DNA of 64,000 nt from Perna viridis (GCA_037379345.1 CM074519.1:35366103-35430102), one strand, 5' to 3'; positions 1-13,214 are shown, counted from the stretch's first letter. Notes: generated by a model from the letters alone, not told the origin. Made by a program: numbers and translations.

Positions 1-10
1 TACATTATTT

Positions 11-208
11 AAGAGTAATCAAGGGAACCAAGGTTATAGCGGTAATCAAAAGAATGTAATCCAGGGGCAAAGACCTGACATGGAAAACAGACATACACAA
101 CAAAGAACATAAAGTAACTAAAATCATGCATACAAAGTAACAAAAGCAAATGAGCAACTCGGACTCCATTAAAAACTGGGAGAACGGACCAGGTGCACCG
201 GTAGGGTA
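11..208 (-). repeat. Dispersed ~220-bp non-autonomous repeat, copy 1 of 7 seen
   Basis: Near-identical sequence (AAGAGTAATCAAGGGAACCAAGG...GGACCAGGTGCACCGGTAGGGTAA) recurs at 319, 12290, 13215, 29330, 57282 and 60414. Strand label is arbitrary. Confidence 0.9.
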
Positions 209-318
209 AAAACTAAAATACATTATTGAAACAAAATCAATTGCCGGTTGTTTTGAGCAAAGGAGTGAACATCAATGTCACTAGTTCAGCCACCAATACT
301 TAATAAATAGTTCATGAT

Positions 319-537
319 ACTAGAAAAGCAGAGGACGCTTACCCTACCCGTGCACCTGGTCCATGCGCCCAGTTTTAGTGGAGTTCGAGTTGCATATTTA
401 CTTTTGTTACTTTGTATTTACTATTTTGGTTATTTTATATTCTTTCTTGAGTTTATCTGTTTTTCATGTGTGGTCTTTGTCCTTGGACTACATTATTTTG
501 ATTTCCGCTAGAATCGTGGTTCCCTTGATTGCCCTTT
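319..537 (+). repeat. Dispersed ~220-bp repeat, copy 2, inverted relative to copy 1
   Basis: AGCAGAGGACGCTTACCCT...GTTCCCTTGATTGCCCTTT is the reverse complement of 11-208. Confidence 0.9.
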
Positions 538-1689
538 CATTATATATAAGAAGCAACAGAAAACCTGAAATGCTCAATATCGTAACAAGTATTTATGATT
601 TACAAACTACAGTGTAACCTTTTTTCAACCGAACCACATTTATACTGTAGAATTTTTACGGTTGAAACACCTGTGTTCGATTTCTCCACATTCAACATAC
701 ATTCAAACTGACATAAAGGGATTAGAGAAGCATCAGGTGTAGATAGCTATTTGTTTCTTTAAAGTTCGTGTTTCAGGTTTTTACTGTAGTTACTTATCAA
801 TCAATTTATACAACAGAGATATGCACTTTCAAGAAAACAATTGAGTTATTCTTAAATGATAGAGCTTCAGACCCCAAAAATTTTTCAAATGTAATGGAAC
901 TTGAACGTCTAACGCAGAAAAAGTACTAATCCAGAGATCGTTATATTTTCAATGAATTGCGATTATTTTTCAGACGCTGTCGGTATATTTTTGCTTTTAA
1001 CTCTTTGACCTTAAAGACCTCGGTAGCAAATATCCATACATTGGTAAAAGCTGTATGCAGTTGGAATTTCACTTTCGACAGAAACTTGTCATGCGTGCTT
1101 TCGTCATATGTTACTTTAAATGATGTGCATTATGAAAAATCAATATTGACTAAAATAATCTTCGTAAGAAATAGTAATGTTAGTTTCTTCGTTTGATAAA
1201 ATTTTCTTAGATTCTGTATACGATTTAAATGGACAGAAAAACAGAAATACATTTATTTACTATCAAAAGTGTCAAAACCTGTTATTGTTCCGAGAATATA
1301 TACTGTAGATCGGTAAATAAAAAAAGATTGTGCTGGATGTGACTTTTACGAGGCTTTGTATTCAAAGGCAATATCTTTATTATAATCACCTTAATTGAAA
1401 ATGAGATACTGGAACACAATTGTTATGAAAACGTTATTTATATCTTAATGATGATATGAATAGTTAATGGCGAACTAAAAGTTATAAATAGAAAAATATA
1501 ACTTATTAGTTCGGCTTTAAGATCAAGTGTTTAAGTAAACCTTTAGATCTATAATGTTAAATGTAATTTACGAATACAAACTATTAATATTTCATTTAAA
1601 TACTCGGAAATAAACAAAATGTTATCTCAATGAAAATATAAGTAGCTATTCACACTAAACAGAAAATGCAAAATCTAAAATGTAATGCC

Positions 1690-1870
1690 GATTTTGCATG
1701 ACAATGCAGGTGTGATTTGCCATTTGTCCCAGTTGTCACAAAAGCTAGCAAAGTTCAATTGTTCTAATATAAAAGTCGTTATCCACAACCTCTACGACCG
1801 TAACCATAACTTAATTGATCGATATGAAGTGTTTGTTTCCAATATAACGACCCGCTCCAATTTGACACAG
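1690..1870 (+). mobile_element. Penelope-like retroelement, C-terminal remnant
   Basis: Translates LYDRNHNLIDRYEVFVSNIT, resembling the KFYGRHHxLxDRYxxSVSxM end of bivalve Penelope-like ORFs (recalled, not searched). Confidence 0.5.
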
Positions 1871-2339
1871 ATGGTCTCAATTGTCGTCGGACTTGATTTT
1901 CAACGACTCTTTAAGTTGGCCATTTGTGGCACTTGTCTACTTCAAAAAGAATAAATGCATGAATCCATCGATACAGGCTCAAAATATTTTTTTTCTCGAG
2001 GTAAATCTATCTTATTGGTAAAACCTGTGAGTCATTAATCTTGAAAGTATAAATATTTTAAGTAGGCTAATGTGTCAGTTTTCAAAGATCCTAATGTAGC
2101 CAAGACATTGTGTACTACACATGATAAATATGTTGTGCAAGCAGACAATAACCCCGAAAAAAGCATTGTTTTTTTCTGCATGACACATAACATCCAATGC
2201 TTACATCGGATGTAGACGTAAAACATTTAGCATTTATTAGACCTATACTGATATCACATTCTCCAAAGAAGAGATAATGAAAAACTGTGTTATACTCGTT
2301 TGGTCTCTCTACTAAAGAATATAATTGTGATCTACTGTC

Positions 2340-2600
2340 CATGTACTGGATTCCAACGCTTCATAGCTGGATCTGCAAAACGTATTACAAAACCTCTTTC
2401 GAATATTTACACTAGATGGTTTTTAGTCTTGCAACGGCACTTGTTACTCCCATAGTGGTATCAATTCAAAGTGGTTCCTGCAAAACTCGGAAGATCTTCT
2501 GGAAATTCTCCATGCCAGATTATTATCAGAATACAATAGCTTCAAGACATGATTTTTCATTTTTTCATACTACTATTCCTCACACCCACTTAAATCATAA
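2340..2600 (+). mobile_element. Penelope-like reverse transcriptase remnant
   Basis: Frameshifted pieces MYWIPTLH, TKPLSNI, KNSEDLLE and HDFSFFHTTIPH match the Penelope RT motifs LYWIPKLHK, TKPLS, KNS and FDFSTLYTTIPH. Confidence 0.65.
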
Positions 2601-3634
2601 CTATATACATTAAAATCGTTGTTACTCTAGAAAAAAAATGTACCCCTAGATACAGATAAGATTAGCCAAACTATAAGAAGTCTGGTACGTTACAAAAAAA
2701 TCAACTTAAGTTTTTGCAGTTTTCTTATTCCGTACCATATATAAACCCGATGAGTAAAGGCAGGTACTTGCCCAATATTTGAATCAATGACTCGTCCATT
2801 ATCCTATTTTGGTGGGGTCCAAATAAATCATTTACTTTTATTGTTTTGTGTGTTTTTCATTTGTTTTGTTGTTTCTAACTCGTTATTCCTTTGATGTGCC
2901 CTTGTTCCTTGAAATATATTAACATAAAAGTGATGTGACCTGAAATGTTCCCGCAGAACAAAACTTTATACGACCTGGCCTTATCTAATCTTTGTCCGAA
3001 TTTTCTTATGTCCCATTGTTACGTAATGATATTACAGGAGTATCAGCCATCTTGCAGAACATTTCAGCCCATAGTACATCGGTTCATATTACCCGTTTTC
3101 GTCATTTATCCCCCTCTTGAAGCATATTTTATAATTATACTTTTGACTTTTCGTGTTTTTGTTTTGTTTTCAGTTAGCTTTGATTATGTATCCTTTTTTA
3201 TAATTTTGCACATTTCTTTTTGAGTTTCAGTTTCTTTTTTGTTTTTGGGTGTGTATATAACATTATTTTGGATTTTGTTATGTTTCTTGTTGAATATAAA
3301 TTTACCTTTCTCTTTCGTTTTGGGATTGTATAAATGCATTACTTTATTTTGCATTTGTTTCCTTGTTCATTGTTTTATTCAAGATATAGCTTTGGTTATG
3401 ATTTGTAATCTTGTCTTCACTGTTATGGCTTGGTTATGATTTGTATTCTTATCTTCATGGGCATTTTCATGTTAATGTTTACTATAACTGCTCATAAGGG
3501 GACTATAACCCTGCAGTCGGTTGAACCTTGTACATTTGGAGAACAATGTGCATGTATTACGCATATTGAACACTATTATGGTGGATAGACTTAGCACTTA
3601 TGACACTCAAAAAGTGTTGCCATTTCTAAAACAT

Positions 3635-4390
3635 CCAACTCAGAACAGCAATCAGTGAAATTGTTTTATTGTTGACAACACAATAACAGAAAATGATTTG
3701 CTTCTGATAACATGCACATCTCCATATGGTAATTTCCATTGAATCTACATTCAGCTTCATAACAATCCTGTAGGTTATTAGAGAGGAGATGTAGACAATA
3801 CATCTGCAGCATCAGACCAAATTTTGCTGAATAATGTTTGTAGATTCTATTTTCTACAATTTTTGTCCAAACATAAATTTCTGACAATATGCACATCCCA
3901 ATATGGTATTTTTTTCAAATCAATCATGCAAGTTGTCTAACTTAAATTCCTGACAACATTCACATCTCCATGTGGTAATTGAACACTTCTTTGAGTTTCA
4001 TAACAATCTTGTTAATTCCAACCGTCATAACTTCTACAATTGTTGTTCAAATATAAATTCCTGACAATATGAGGATTTCTATCTGGTCATTTGACACTCC
4101 ACTTTCATGACAATATTGCAATTCGTTAAGTCGACGTTTTGCTAAAAAAAATGATGGCTTAGTTCAGCAGCCACCTTTTTAATAATTCATGTCCATAATT
4201 CATGTCCAAAAATAAATTAATGAAGGTGTACACATCCACATGTGATTATATTACATTAAGTTTCATACCATTCCACAAGCTGCTTAGAAAACAGTTAAAA
4301 CAGACAGGCCAGCTAACCGATTGGCCGACGGACAGACGTTCAGACGAACAGGCAGACTGATTGAAATCTGTATACCCCTAAAATTACTTA
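3635..4390. mobile_element. Pearl/HINE-like non-autonomous element
   Basis: Repeated CACATCTCCATATGGTAAT / GAGTTTCATAACAATC cores followed by GACGGACAGACG...TATACCCC; paralogous copy at 15795-16735. Confidence 0.6.
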
Positions 4391-4630
4391 AAGCATTTGT
4401 CATTTTAGTCATATAAAATAATGTATAATATCAAGCCATGAAACAAGATTTTATAGAGTATCATTGTTTTCATTTTTTTTCTTTAGACAAAACTTAGATA
4501 CATTGTATAATGGGATAACGATGAGGTTAAAACTAGTAAAAACTGAAATAAGTTGAGCAATATCAGTGATATAAACAATTTGCAAAGACAAATATGGAAC
4601 TATACTTTAATTTATCAAAAGTGAATTTCA

Positions 4631-7600
4631 CGCGGGTGTGTTAAGGAGTTTTCTTGTACCTCTGGTTGACGTCTGATCACGCACACAATACGTGACATTT
4701 TAAATTGGGAGAAATTTTTTCGGAAGTAACCAAAATCTTTGTAACTAACACATAAGAATACTTTTAGTGTTAAATGAAGTCCTCAGTTCTGTTAATATAT
4801 GAAATTAACGGTTAAAGAAACCCTCATCTTAATAAAGAAACACAACATAACAAAACTGGCAGCATTTTTTGTATCGATTTCGACGTCACAGAGAAGCTTG
4901 AAACGTCAGAGCACCTGTAGTAAATAAATGAGACGTCATGCTTGCATTTACCGAGACATTACACTTCAATTATCGATGAATTCTGCAGTCATACATGTTA
5001 CCAGGAAAACAATTCTCCAAGTTTGGGTAAGTTGTACTTTAAAGTATCTTTGTTATGGTAAAAGACGGTTGTAACTATGTACGGGACCGGCTTGGCCGGG
5101 GTTCATTCATCACTGACCTACTAACAACATCGAGCAACTGTCATGAGTTTCAAAAATCTTCATTTGCCAAAATGTGTATGAAATAATAAATATATTACAA
5201 CCCAACCGCAAATTTGTAAATTGATACTAGTAAATGTCTGTTTATATAATCTTCTTTAAATAGTTTTAATCAACTTGTAATGTACTTCTTTTAGTTTTAA
5301 AACCACTGATACAAATATTGTTGCCATTTCAATATTTTTCAATGACATGTGAAATTAATTGATTATTTAATTCACTTTTGGCCCTGGGTTGACTGACCAG
5401 TAATTTAATTGCATGACAGATATGCTAATTTGAATTTTACTGTCTTTACAGAGATATTTCCCAACTCCAAGCTTCAAACCCATACTAGACAGCAGGACAA
5501 CCTTATATAATATATCATTTGGGTGACAGTATGGACTCTCGTTAGAATATTACCAAACTTCATCAGTTTTCAGCTGAGATTGACAAGAAATTTGACTTTT
5601 TATTTGTGAATAAATATTCCCTGGAACTTAGATGCAGGATTCAACTTTGATTTTTAGAACTGTATGTAAAGTTAACAGAAGGAAGCATTTACTTGCCATA
5701 ATTCATGTGTACATTATACATGTACATTGAAATTGGATGTATTTGTGAAATACAAGTAGTTATATGTGTTCAATGGAAAGTGCATTTGAAAAAAAAGTTT
5801 TTTGTCAAATTGTGTTTTACCTGCATTCCAATGCCTGGATGGAGGTGTTAATGGAATTATAGGACAGGTACAGTGATCAATGTGATTAACATAACTTTGT
5901 ATAGCTACATGTAACACTTCATATTGTTGTGTATACACAATTATTTTGAAACTAAAATGTTAAAACAATGGGAATGCCGCGCTGACAGGAGAGTTCCACT
6001 TATTGGTCACGCGGAAAAGGGGAGATAATGTAATTTTCGTTTTGGGTTTTGTTGTAAAGAAACCGGAAGTGAACATGCTTGCTAAAAAAGCATAAAATAC
6101 ACACTTTTCACATAGTTAATCGCTAAAATATTTAAAAATAAATGTTTTTCAAAGACTTAAGATATGTTTTAGAGCAAAAACTGAACCCAAAGGTGCAACG
6201 ATTTGTCGAGACGATCATTTCAAAAAGGGGGACGTGATTCTTTTTTCAAGTTAGGGATACCCTGGGCTATATTTAACTGACGCAATTGCATCCCCTGTCT
6301 TCGGATTGGTCTATAATATGATTTTATGATAGAAATGACGCAGAGCTTTCTAAAAATACCAAATACTATCCATCATTCAATGCGAAGCATAGTAAATAAA
6401 GTGGTTAAAAATATGAAAGTTGAGGGAAAAAAATCGACAGTTTGCGGCTGTTTTGAAGCGATTGTAAAGCAATGATGAAGTAATGGTATATTCCACGCCT
6501 TCAATATGAAGCAGGCTAATTTTGGGTCGTCTAGACAATGTAACAAACGATTTGAAGCTATGAAGAAAGATACATGCTGTGAGTGTGACGTACAAATGAT
6601 ACCAAACCCGACGCCCAACAGCTCATCATGTGTTTCATGATTTTTTTTCGCTATCATAATCAGCTTTTTTTCTCGTAATTCATTCTCGATTGAATCATAT
6701 TTATTTACTCTTGAAGGACATATTGACGTGAACATTAATTTCTTTTTTTATAAATTTGGTGGGGGGTCTTTTGCGGTAATCTCTGTGAATCCCATAAAAA
6801 TGCTGGTTGTTTTGGGATTTAAAGATACATGTATTACACAGTTAGACATAAATTTTCTGAAGGTAGTACATAAGAAAGGGAAATAATTTTCTGTAAAGGA
6901 CTTTCTTGGATATTTGTTCCTTCCAATGTAGGTCCATATTTGTAATAAATACAAGATATCAAAATATATTAGTTCTATATAAAATGTAATGTAAAACTGT
7001 CAAATTGGTGAAATATTTAGACAGAGGATGTTTATTCTTGCAGGAAAGTGAATTATCTTTGTGAGAGGAATAGCTACTCTTCAACAATTATTTTGATATG
7101 TTGGCATGTATCATCAGTACCAGTAACCTCAGATTGACAAAGACCAAATAGATGTAAAAAAAACACATAAATAATTAAGGTTGACTTGTGCATACATGTA
7201 CATTTGTGTTTGAAAAACAGCATTCAGCATTCATACATGATAAGATGTGTCTCAATGACAGAAACTTAAAATATGGACTTGTGTGATTAACAAAAACAAA
7301 CTGACACAGATTTCTGCTCTAAAGCCGAAAATACAACTAAGAATCTGTATTAAATTTTAGCATGTGGAACATGAGCGAATTACGACTGATTCTTTTTAAT
7401 TTAAAATTGGAGATGCGAATAATTTCCTTAAATTAACTTTTGTTTTATCTTGTTCTTAAATATTTATGTTACAAACGAGGAAATACATCATGGCAAGTAT
7501 TGAATTTTTATACACGAGACTTCAATACATTTGTAATTTCATTGTTTTAGCAAATGATTACACATGCATATTTATAAGTGTTGAAGTGTTGTCCAAAATA

Positions 7601-10080
7601 TCTTGAAATAAAAAAAAAATCTACAACTTTTTGACAGGTATTTTTTTCTCCTAGCTTACTTCTGTTAATTTTATGTTCTATTTAAACTGGTTGTTTAATG
7701 AAAATAACTGATAATATATTAAGATTGTGATGGTATACAAATGTAAAAATATACTTGTATTTACTTATCCTTTTCTATAACCGCTGTAACCTTGATTACC
7801 TTGATTACTCTATGATATATATTGTAAATGGGTGAACATTTCTATAACCATATTTTTTTTCATGCCAGTTCACGAACAGTGTAACTGGAGCTTTTTTATA
7901 GTATGTCAAACGCTGGTTTGAGTGAGTAATTTTGAGTTCTCACCATTGAGGAAAAACAGCCAACACATAGCTACTTTTTCTGAAAAAAAAATGTAATTGC
8001 AATAATCCCATCTGTCAGATTTTATTTGAAACAGTATGTTAATGCATGTTCATGTACATAAAACATTTTAGTAGAGTGGCAATAACGCCAGAAATATATT
8101 AGCAAAATAAAATAAATACAAGCTGAATGTTTTGTTCTGGATTTCTATGGTATTAAATGGTATTCTATTTGTTAGAATAGAGAACACACGTCAGCCAACA
8201 GAACCTCAAATATCCATCTTTTGTGTACAAAGGAAGACGGAAACCAGTTAAATACCAAAGATACTACTGTCAACATTCAGTTGTCTGATTTACATCAAAG
8301 AAAAAATTTGGAGTTAAATAGAGTGGTTGTTTCTGGAATCGAGAGACTATATACCATCTTGCCGTCCCACTTATGGTCGTACTTTGTAAAAACAATCCCG
8401 GGATGCAATTGTGTCAGTTATTTCGGACAGTGGTATTTACCCGCCATATTTTTTCCTTAACTCTCGCCGACTAAGCGCCCGACTATCCAGGTAAATTTTG
8501 AAGAAAGTGGGCATAGAAAAATGTTGACAGTATGTCAGTCACCTCGAAAAATATGTTTTCTTATACAATTCGGTTTATCTGGACCTAAATTCTCATAATT
8601 TATGACAAAACAACACAATTATCAGAGTCGCACGATGTAAACAAAGATCAACTGCCAAGACGATACTAGCGCCACCACGAAAGAATCGGTGACGAACTGA
8701 TCTTTCCGGTGGACTACTTTTCTACCTCCACCGAACGCGGCGTTCCGACTGAAAAAGAACATAATTCACATCATAAATATTTTCCAGGGAAATATGTTTA
8801 CAGTACATGTTCAAAATGTGTTCAGTCATAAAATCAGATCATACTTTTCCTTTTGCAATCTTAATCTGAACAAAAGTTCATAGGTCATACATGTGTTAAC
8901 TATGAACATTACAACAGACCTTGAAGTATGTTCATAGCCATATTATATAAGAGAAAATCATTGAACTATTGTATGAATATACATGTACATGTATAAACAC
9001 TTAGCCCTAGCATCTTTTTAAAACAAATATTTGTGTAGTGGTGTGCAGACATATATAAAGCTAAAAAAAGCTAGTAATGTACCCCCTTTAAATAACTGTT
9101 ATAAACATGTATTCATTGAATGATGATACTTCATTTGGTACTATGGTGAAGTGTATTTATGTCTGTGTGTGTGTGTGGGGGGGGGGGGTGCTATGTCAAA
9201 AATTTAAAGTCATAACAAATTTTGAATGAAAGGAAATATTGCCAAGAAATTGTTGGATATGGAATATTTTCTAAGATAACATACAAAAGGGTTGGGGGTA
9301 ACCATGTTTTGTTCAGTAGAAAAGGGAGACATCTTAAACACAGGTTATCGATTTTTCTGAAAATTTTATTATGAATAACTACAATATTCAATGAAAAATG
9401 TTTTTATTTGTAAAAATATAAGAAACTCAAAATGTAGTCTGCTATCGCAACTAAATCGGTTCTTCACTGGTATCCGTCACATGTCAACGTGTCTGAGGTC
9501 CCCGTTGCTCTTGTTTCAATGTCGCCGCTATGTGAAAAATTATATGGTTTAGAAAATGCAAAATGCAGTGGCATGCGCTATGTTGATTTACTTGATTTAT
9601 TATTTCATTTTAAAAAGCATATTTTATTTTACCTGAAAACTGCTGCGGGAAGTTATCTATCAGTAGCGTTTTGTTTTAATATTCGTTGAAATACAAGAAA
9701 ACGCAAACTCATCACAAGCAAGTTACGAGCCATTTTTTAATATTCATGTAGATTTTTCACACTTCCCGCAGCACCTTTTGAAAAATATACATATTCATTG
9801 ACCTACTATTAAAATTTGGATGTACAATCATCTTCCCACTGCACTTTTGACATTTATGTGGTTCGACCAAGGCTTGATTAACCGATCACGTGACTAATTT
9901 TTATTGCACATTTTGACATTTTGTTGATCGTTTTGTGTTTTGGAGGTTTTATTTTATGAACTTGTATGCTAAAAATATGAACATCGACGAAATTCCACGT
10001 ATTAAGATGAGTTTAAAAGTAGCTAGTTTTCGTAGATGAAAATATGACAATTTATAACATTTCTCCTTAACACGCCCGTG
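4631..10080. mobile_element. 5.45-kb non-autonomous TIR DNA transposon, CACTA/EnSpm (CMC)-like
   Basis: Left end CGCGGGTGTGTTAAGGAG versus reverse complement of right end CACGGGCGTGTTAAGGAG (16/18 match). 2-bp CA duplication at 4629-4630 and 10081-10082. Empty paralogous site near 17000-17017. Confidence 0.8.
5966..8751. mobile_element. Possible ~2.8-kb TIR element nested in the 5.45-kb element
   Basis: CAATGGGAATGCCGCG at 5966 versus reverse complement of right end CAGTCGGAACGCCGCG (13/16); AAAA on both flanks. Confidence 0.4.
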
Positions 10081-10249
10081 CAATAAAAGCAATCTACGTA
10101 AAAATATTTTTGTAAGTAATATTATACTTTTACTTTCAGTTCATTTTGGTTTTTATCAAAACACTGGTCATCGAAATTAATTGTGTTCATTTCATCTTTC
10201 ATAACATATTGATTATCTATAAAAGTACCTCAACAAAATGTGATGTGTT

Positions 10250-11370
10250 TCGTGACGGGTTGTTCAAGAACGAAGAGATTTTTTTACAAATTATATTCAT
10301 CACCTTCATATCCTTCGTTTCAAATAAGTTTACTTCTGTATGAAAATAAAGTGGCAAGTTTCCCCTTTGAATGTAAAGGATTAGTAGCTTGCACATATAT
10401 TCATCTCTTACAGCAAGTTAGTCTTATTCCCATTCGTGGTCGTACGGCTGATTTTCACATTCTCAAAATAGAATGTGCTTTAGATGGTAGGATGTGAGTT
10501 CTTGTTTCATTCCGTCAGGGTAAAACAATAACTGCATTTTTTTAATTATTCGTTGGCTTTTCTTTCGGCAAGTCCCATTTATATCAATTTGGTCCAATAG
10601 AATTTTTTCTCACATGTTACAAATGAAAGTGACCAATAGATAGGGTCCTTTGCTACATAATGTATGCCCTCCTGTTTTATTTCTTCGATTTATTTATCTG
10701 ATGGCCATTCAGCACTTGGTCTTGGCCATCTGAACTTCTTTTTGAAGGGGACATGACTCTCTATAAGGGGTGCCGTGTCCATGCTGATCTCCTTTCCTGC
10801 TATTTCGGGATGACTCAAGGTTAATGTAGCAGCTGGTGATGATGATAATGTTTTAGTATCAATAAACTTCATATTTTCCGAGGATCGATTTACCGCCTCT
10901 CCAACTAAAGTTTTGAACCATCGCTTCACATTGATTGGTAAAATATAATCATCGATAGTCAAACAACAAGGTCCTTCATTTAGTCACCGTTCATTCCCTT
11001 TTCTCATTGTATTTCCTAGATATATAGAGTTTTTCCCCACGGGGGCTGGTGGCAATTCGTAGCAAGTTATTTCTACGTCTTGTTTTTGCTCATTATATCT
11101 AAAATATGATGGTGGTGTTGATGATGTCCATTGCAGCCGACCCGCGTCCAAAACTACACTGTAATCGAACTCGTCCGCTCGTTTTTCTTTTAGATGTGAA
11201 TAGTAACTCCCAACATTCAGTGGTTGTGTCTTGAATTGTGGATCCCTTTGATGAACAAAAGTTAGAATATCATGAACAATTGGTTTAACAAATTCAACAT
11301 TTTTCCTCGTCTCATCTTGTGTCATTTTTATTTGCCTCTAATAATAACGATTCAACATTTGGTTATCCAT
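10250..11370 (-). pseudogene. cGAS-like receptor (Mab-21) pseudogene, copy 1
   Basis: Colinear with 17327-18454 (MDNQMLNRYY, GSYYSHLKEKRADEFDYSVVL, EISMDTAP, LTSYHLK). Nonsense codons at 11338-11340, 10984-10986 and 10690-10692; +2 frameshift in an A-run at ~10603-10608; further downstream stops; a ~165-bp deletion removes the native stop codon. Confidence 0.93.
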
Positions 11371-11416
11371 ACTGGTGACTTTTTCCGTTATGCAATAATG
11401 TATCGTTTTAGGTTTC

Positions 11417-11471
11417 TTATATATGTGAATTTCCAAAAGGTTCATGTTTATTTTAAGAAGAGGTACTTTCC
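11417..11471 (-). promoter_or_regulatory. Putative cGLR copy 1 core promoter (TATA plus two kB-like 10-mers)
   Basis: Minus strand reads GGAAAGTACC (11462-11471), GGAAATTCAC (11425-11434), ATATATAA (11417-11424). A similar layout occurs in copies 2 and 3. Confidence 0.5.
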
Positions 11472-11549
11472 TATTGTGTAAACATTGCCCTACTTCGAAT
11501 GTTCCAGTAACAATGAAACTGGCATATCAGTTAAAATTCAAGAATATAT

Positions 11550-11885
11550 ATATATAGAAGGATCTGAAAAAATTCCCAAACGATGTTAGAACTGTCAAAT
11601 TTGCGATACATTCCGATTACATTATCTTCCCTGTATCAATTTGATCCTATGGAGCTACACACTCTGAGACGTTTAAACTACACCCCAACTCTAGAATCGA
11701 TAAAAATTGGGCGTTTCCTCAGCGGAATTCGAACCCCTTCTCTTCTCTGACATCTATGCCAACAAGGCCTGCACTCCGACGCTCAAGACCACTCGACCAA
11801 CTAGGCTATACAAAAATATGGTTTTCGTTAACCGAGTGATACTTCCTCGTAAGTAAATCTAGAGCGCGAACATTATAAAAAGGAC
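11550..11885 (-). mobile_element. tRNA-related (SINE-like) repeat upstream of cGLR copy 1
   Basis: Minus strand has A-box-like TGGTCGAGTGG (~11790-11800) and B-box-like GGTTCGAATTCC (~11724-11735). Absent from the paralogous position in copy 2; related sequence at 31400-31570. Confidence 0.6.
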
Positions 11886-12131
11886 AATATTTAAGTGATT
11901 AACTGTGATCTCAGTTTTCGGAAACTCATTTTCGACATGTAATAATACATTAGTTGACATCTAATGTAAACCTGTGGTTTAATATTTAAGAATGCAAGCT
12001 AGATTTGTCAATACATTGTTGTCAATAAATGTCGCTTTTGAAAATGTTACAAATAATTTTGTTCTTGAATAGACAGGTATTGTGGTGCACAAGAACCCCG
12101 TGACCAGAACAGTCCAAATAGAGATATAATG

Positions 12132-12159
12132 TTTCTACTTTCACTGTCACTTTCATTTT
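12132..12159 (-). promoter_or_regulatory. ISRE/IRF-E-like motif upstream of cGLR copy 1
   Basis: Minus strand AAAATGAAAGTGACAGTGAAAGTAGAAA; related motifs at 14018-14043, 18963-18985 and 28889-28908. Confidence 0.4.
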
Positions 12160-12289
12160 ATGTTTTAAAAAGGTTACTCTTTTAATGAAAGTACTCTTTT
12201 TTGATAAGAAAGTGTCTGTTGTGTCTTAGTAAAGCATTTCCTCTCAAGCTAATCCAATTTTCGAATATTCTCTCACAAAAAAAGAATGA

Positions 12290-12436
12290 AAGAGTAATCA
12301 ATGGAACCAAGGTTCTAGCGGTAATCAACCGAATGTACTCCAGGGACAAAGAACAGGCGCGGAAAAAAGATATACACAACAAAGAACATAAAGTAACTAT
12401 AATAATACATACAAAGTAACAAAGGCAAATGAGCAA
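12290..12436 (-). repeat. Dispersed repeat, copy 3 (partial)
   Basis: Matches 11-157; absent from the paralogous region 19100-19150. Confidence 0.85.
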
Positions 12437-13214
12437 AAAATGAAAAAAATAAAATGAAAAATAAAGCTAAAGGATATTTGAATTGCTTTGATTTATTTTG
12501 GGAAAAATATTTGTTTTAAAAAATGAGAAAAAACAATAATTTTCGCCAGCAATATCAAATAAAACTGTGTTTCACTCTCAGCTTTAAATAGCGTTAACCA
12601 TATTTGAAGGGAAAAGAAAACAAGTCGCAAAAACAAAGTTAATTGATTTTCCTAGACAGAAAAAAATAAAATCCCCCCTCCCCGTAAGTCAAATCGTTCT
12701 GTACTGCCGCTTTTGGATATTTATGATACAAGATTGACCTTACGTTTATTTCTCTCGACGTTTTAGTAATTATTGTATTATCATACCAGTCAAAATATAC
12801 TTAAGAAATGGTTGTGTGTTATAATTCCTGAGAAGAAATTTTCGTCATTTTGACATCAATGAGTCAACCTATCCGGTATTGGAATTTGTGCAAAGATCTG
12901 ACATATTTTTGTCCTTTCAAATTATAATTACTTGCATGACCCGACTTCGTGCTTTTTAGCAATAATTTGCAAGTATCTTCCTTACCATTTGAAATTCAAG
13001 CAAGGGTACATAAATATTATGCCGTATGCATTATTCAAATTAATCCACCGAGCATTAAAATGACACATTGTACATCAAATTACTTTGTATATCTGATAGG
13101 TAAATACATTCATTTTGAATAATGATTATACTTTGGCTTGGTATCTAGTATTACTATTAGAAGTTCATTATTTCAAGTAAACCAAAATCGTTTTCAAATG
13201 TTAATAACAGAGAC

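Noticed and set aside
5-617. Hydrophobic ESELLICFCYFVC-type ORFs (also at 12182, 13138, 57157, 60570)
   Set aside because: Translations of the T-rich dispersed repeat, not membrane proteins.
10984-11325. 113-aa ORF and neighbouring 90-122-aa ORFs as separate small genes
   Set aside because: They are stop- or frameshift-delimited pieces of cGLR pseudogenes 1 and 3.
11720-11810. tRNA gene
   Set aside because: A- and B-box-like motifs are present but I could not fold a cloverleaf, and it is embedded in a repeated element.
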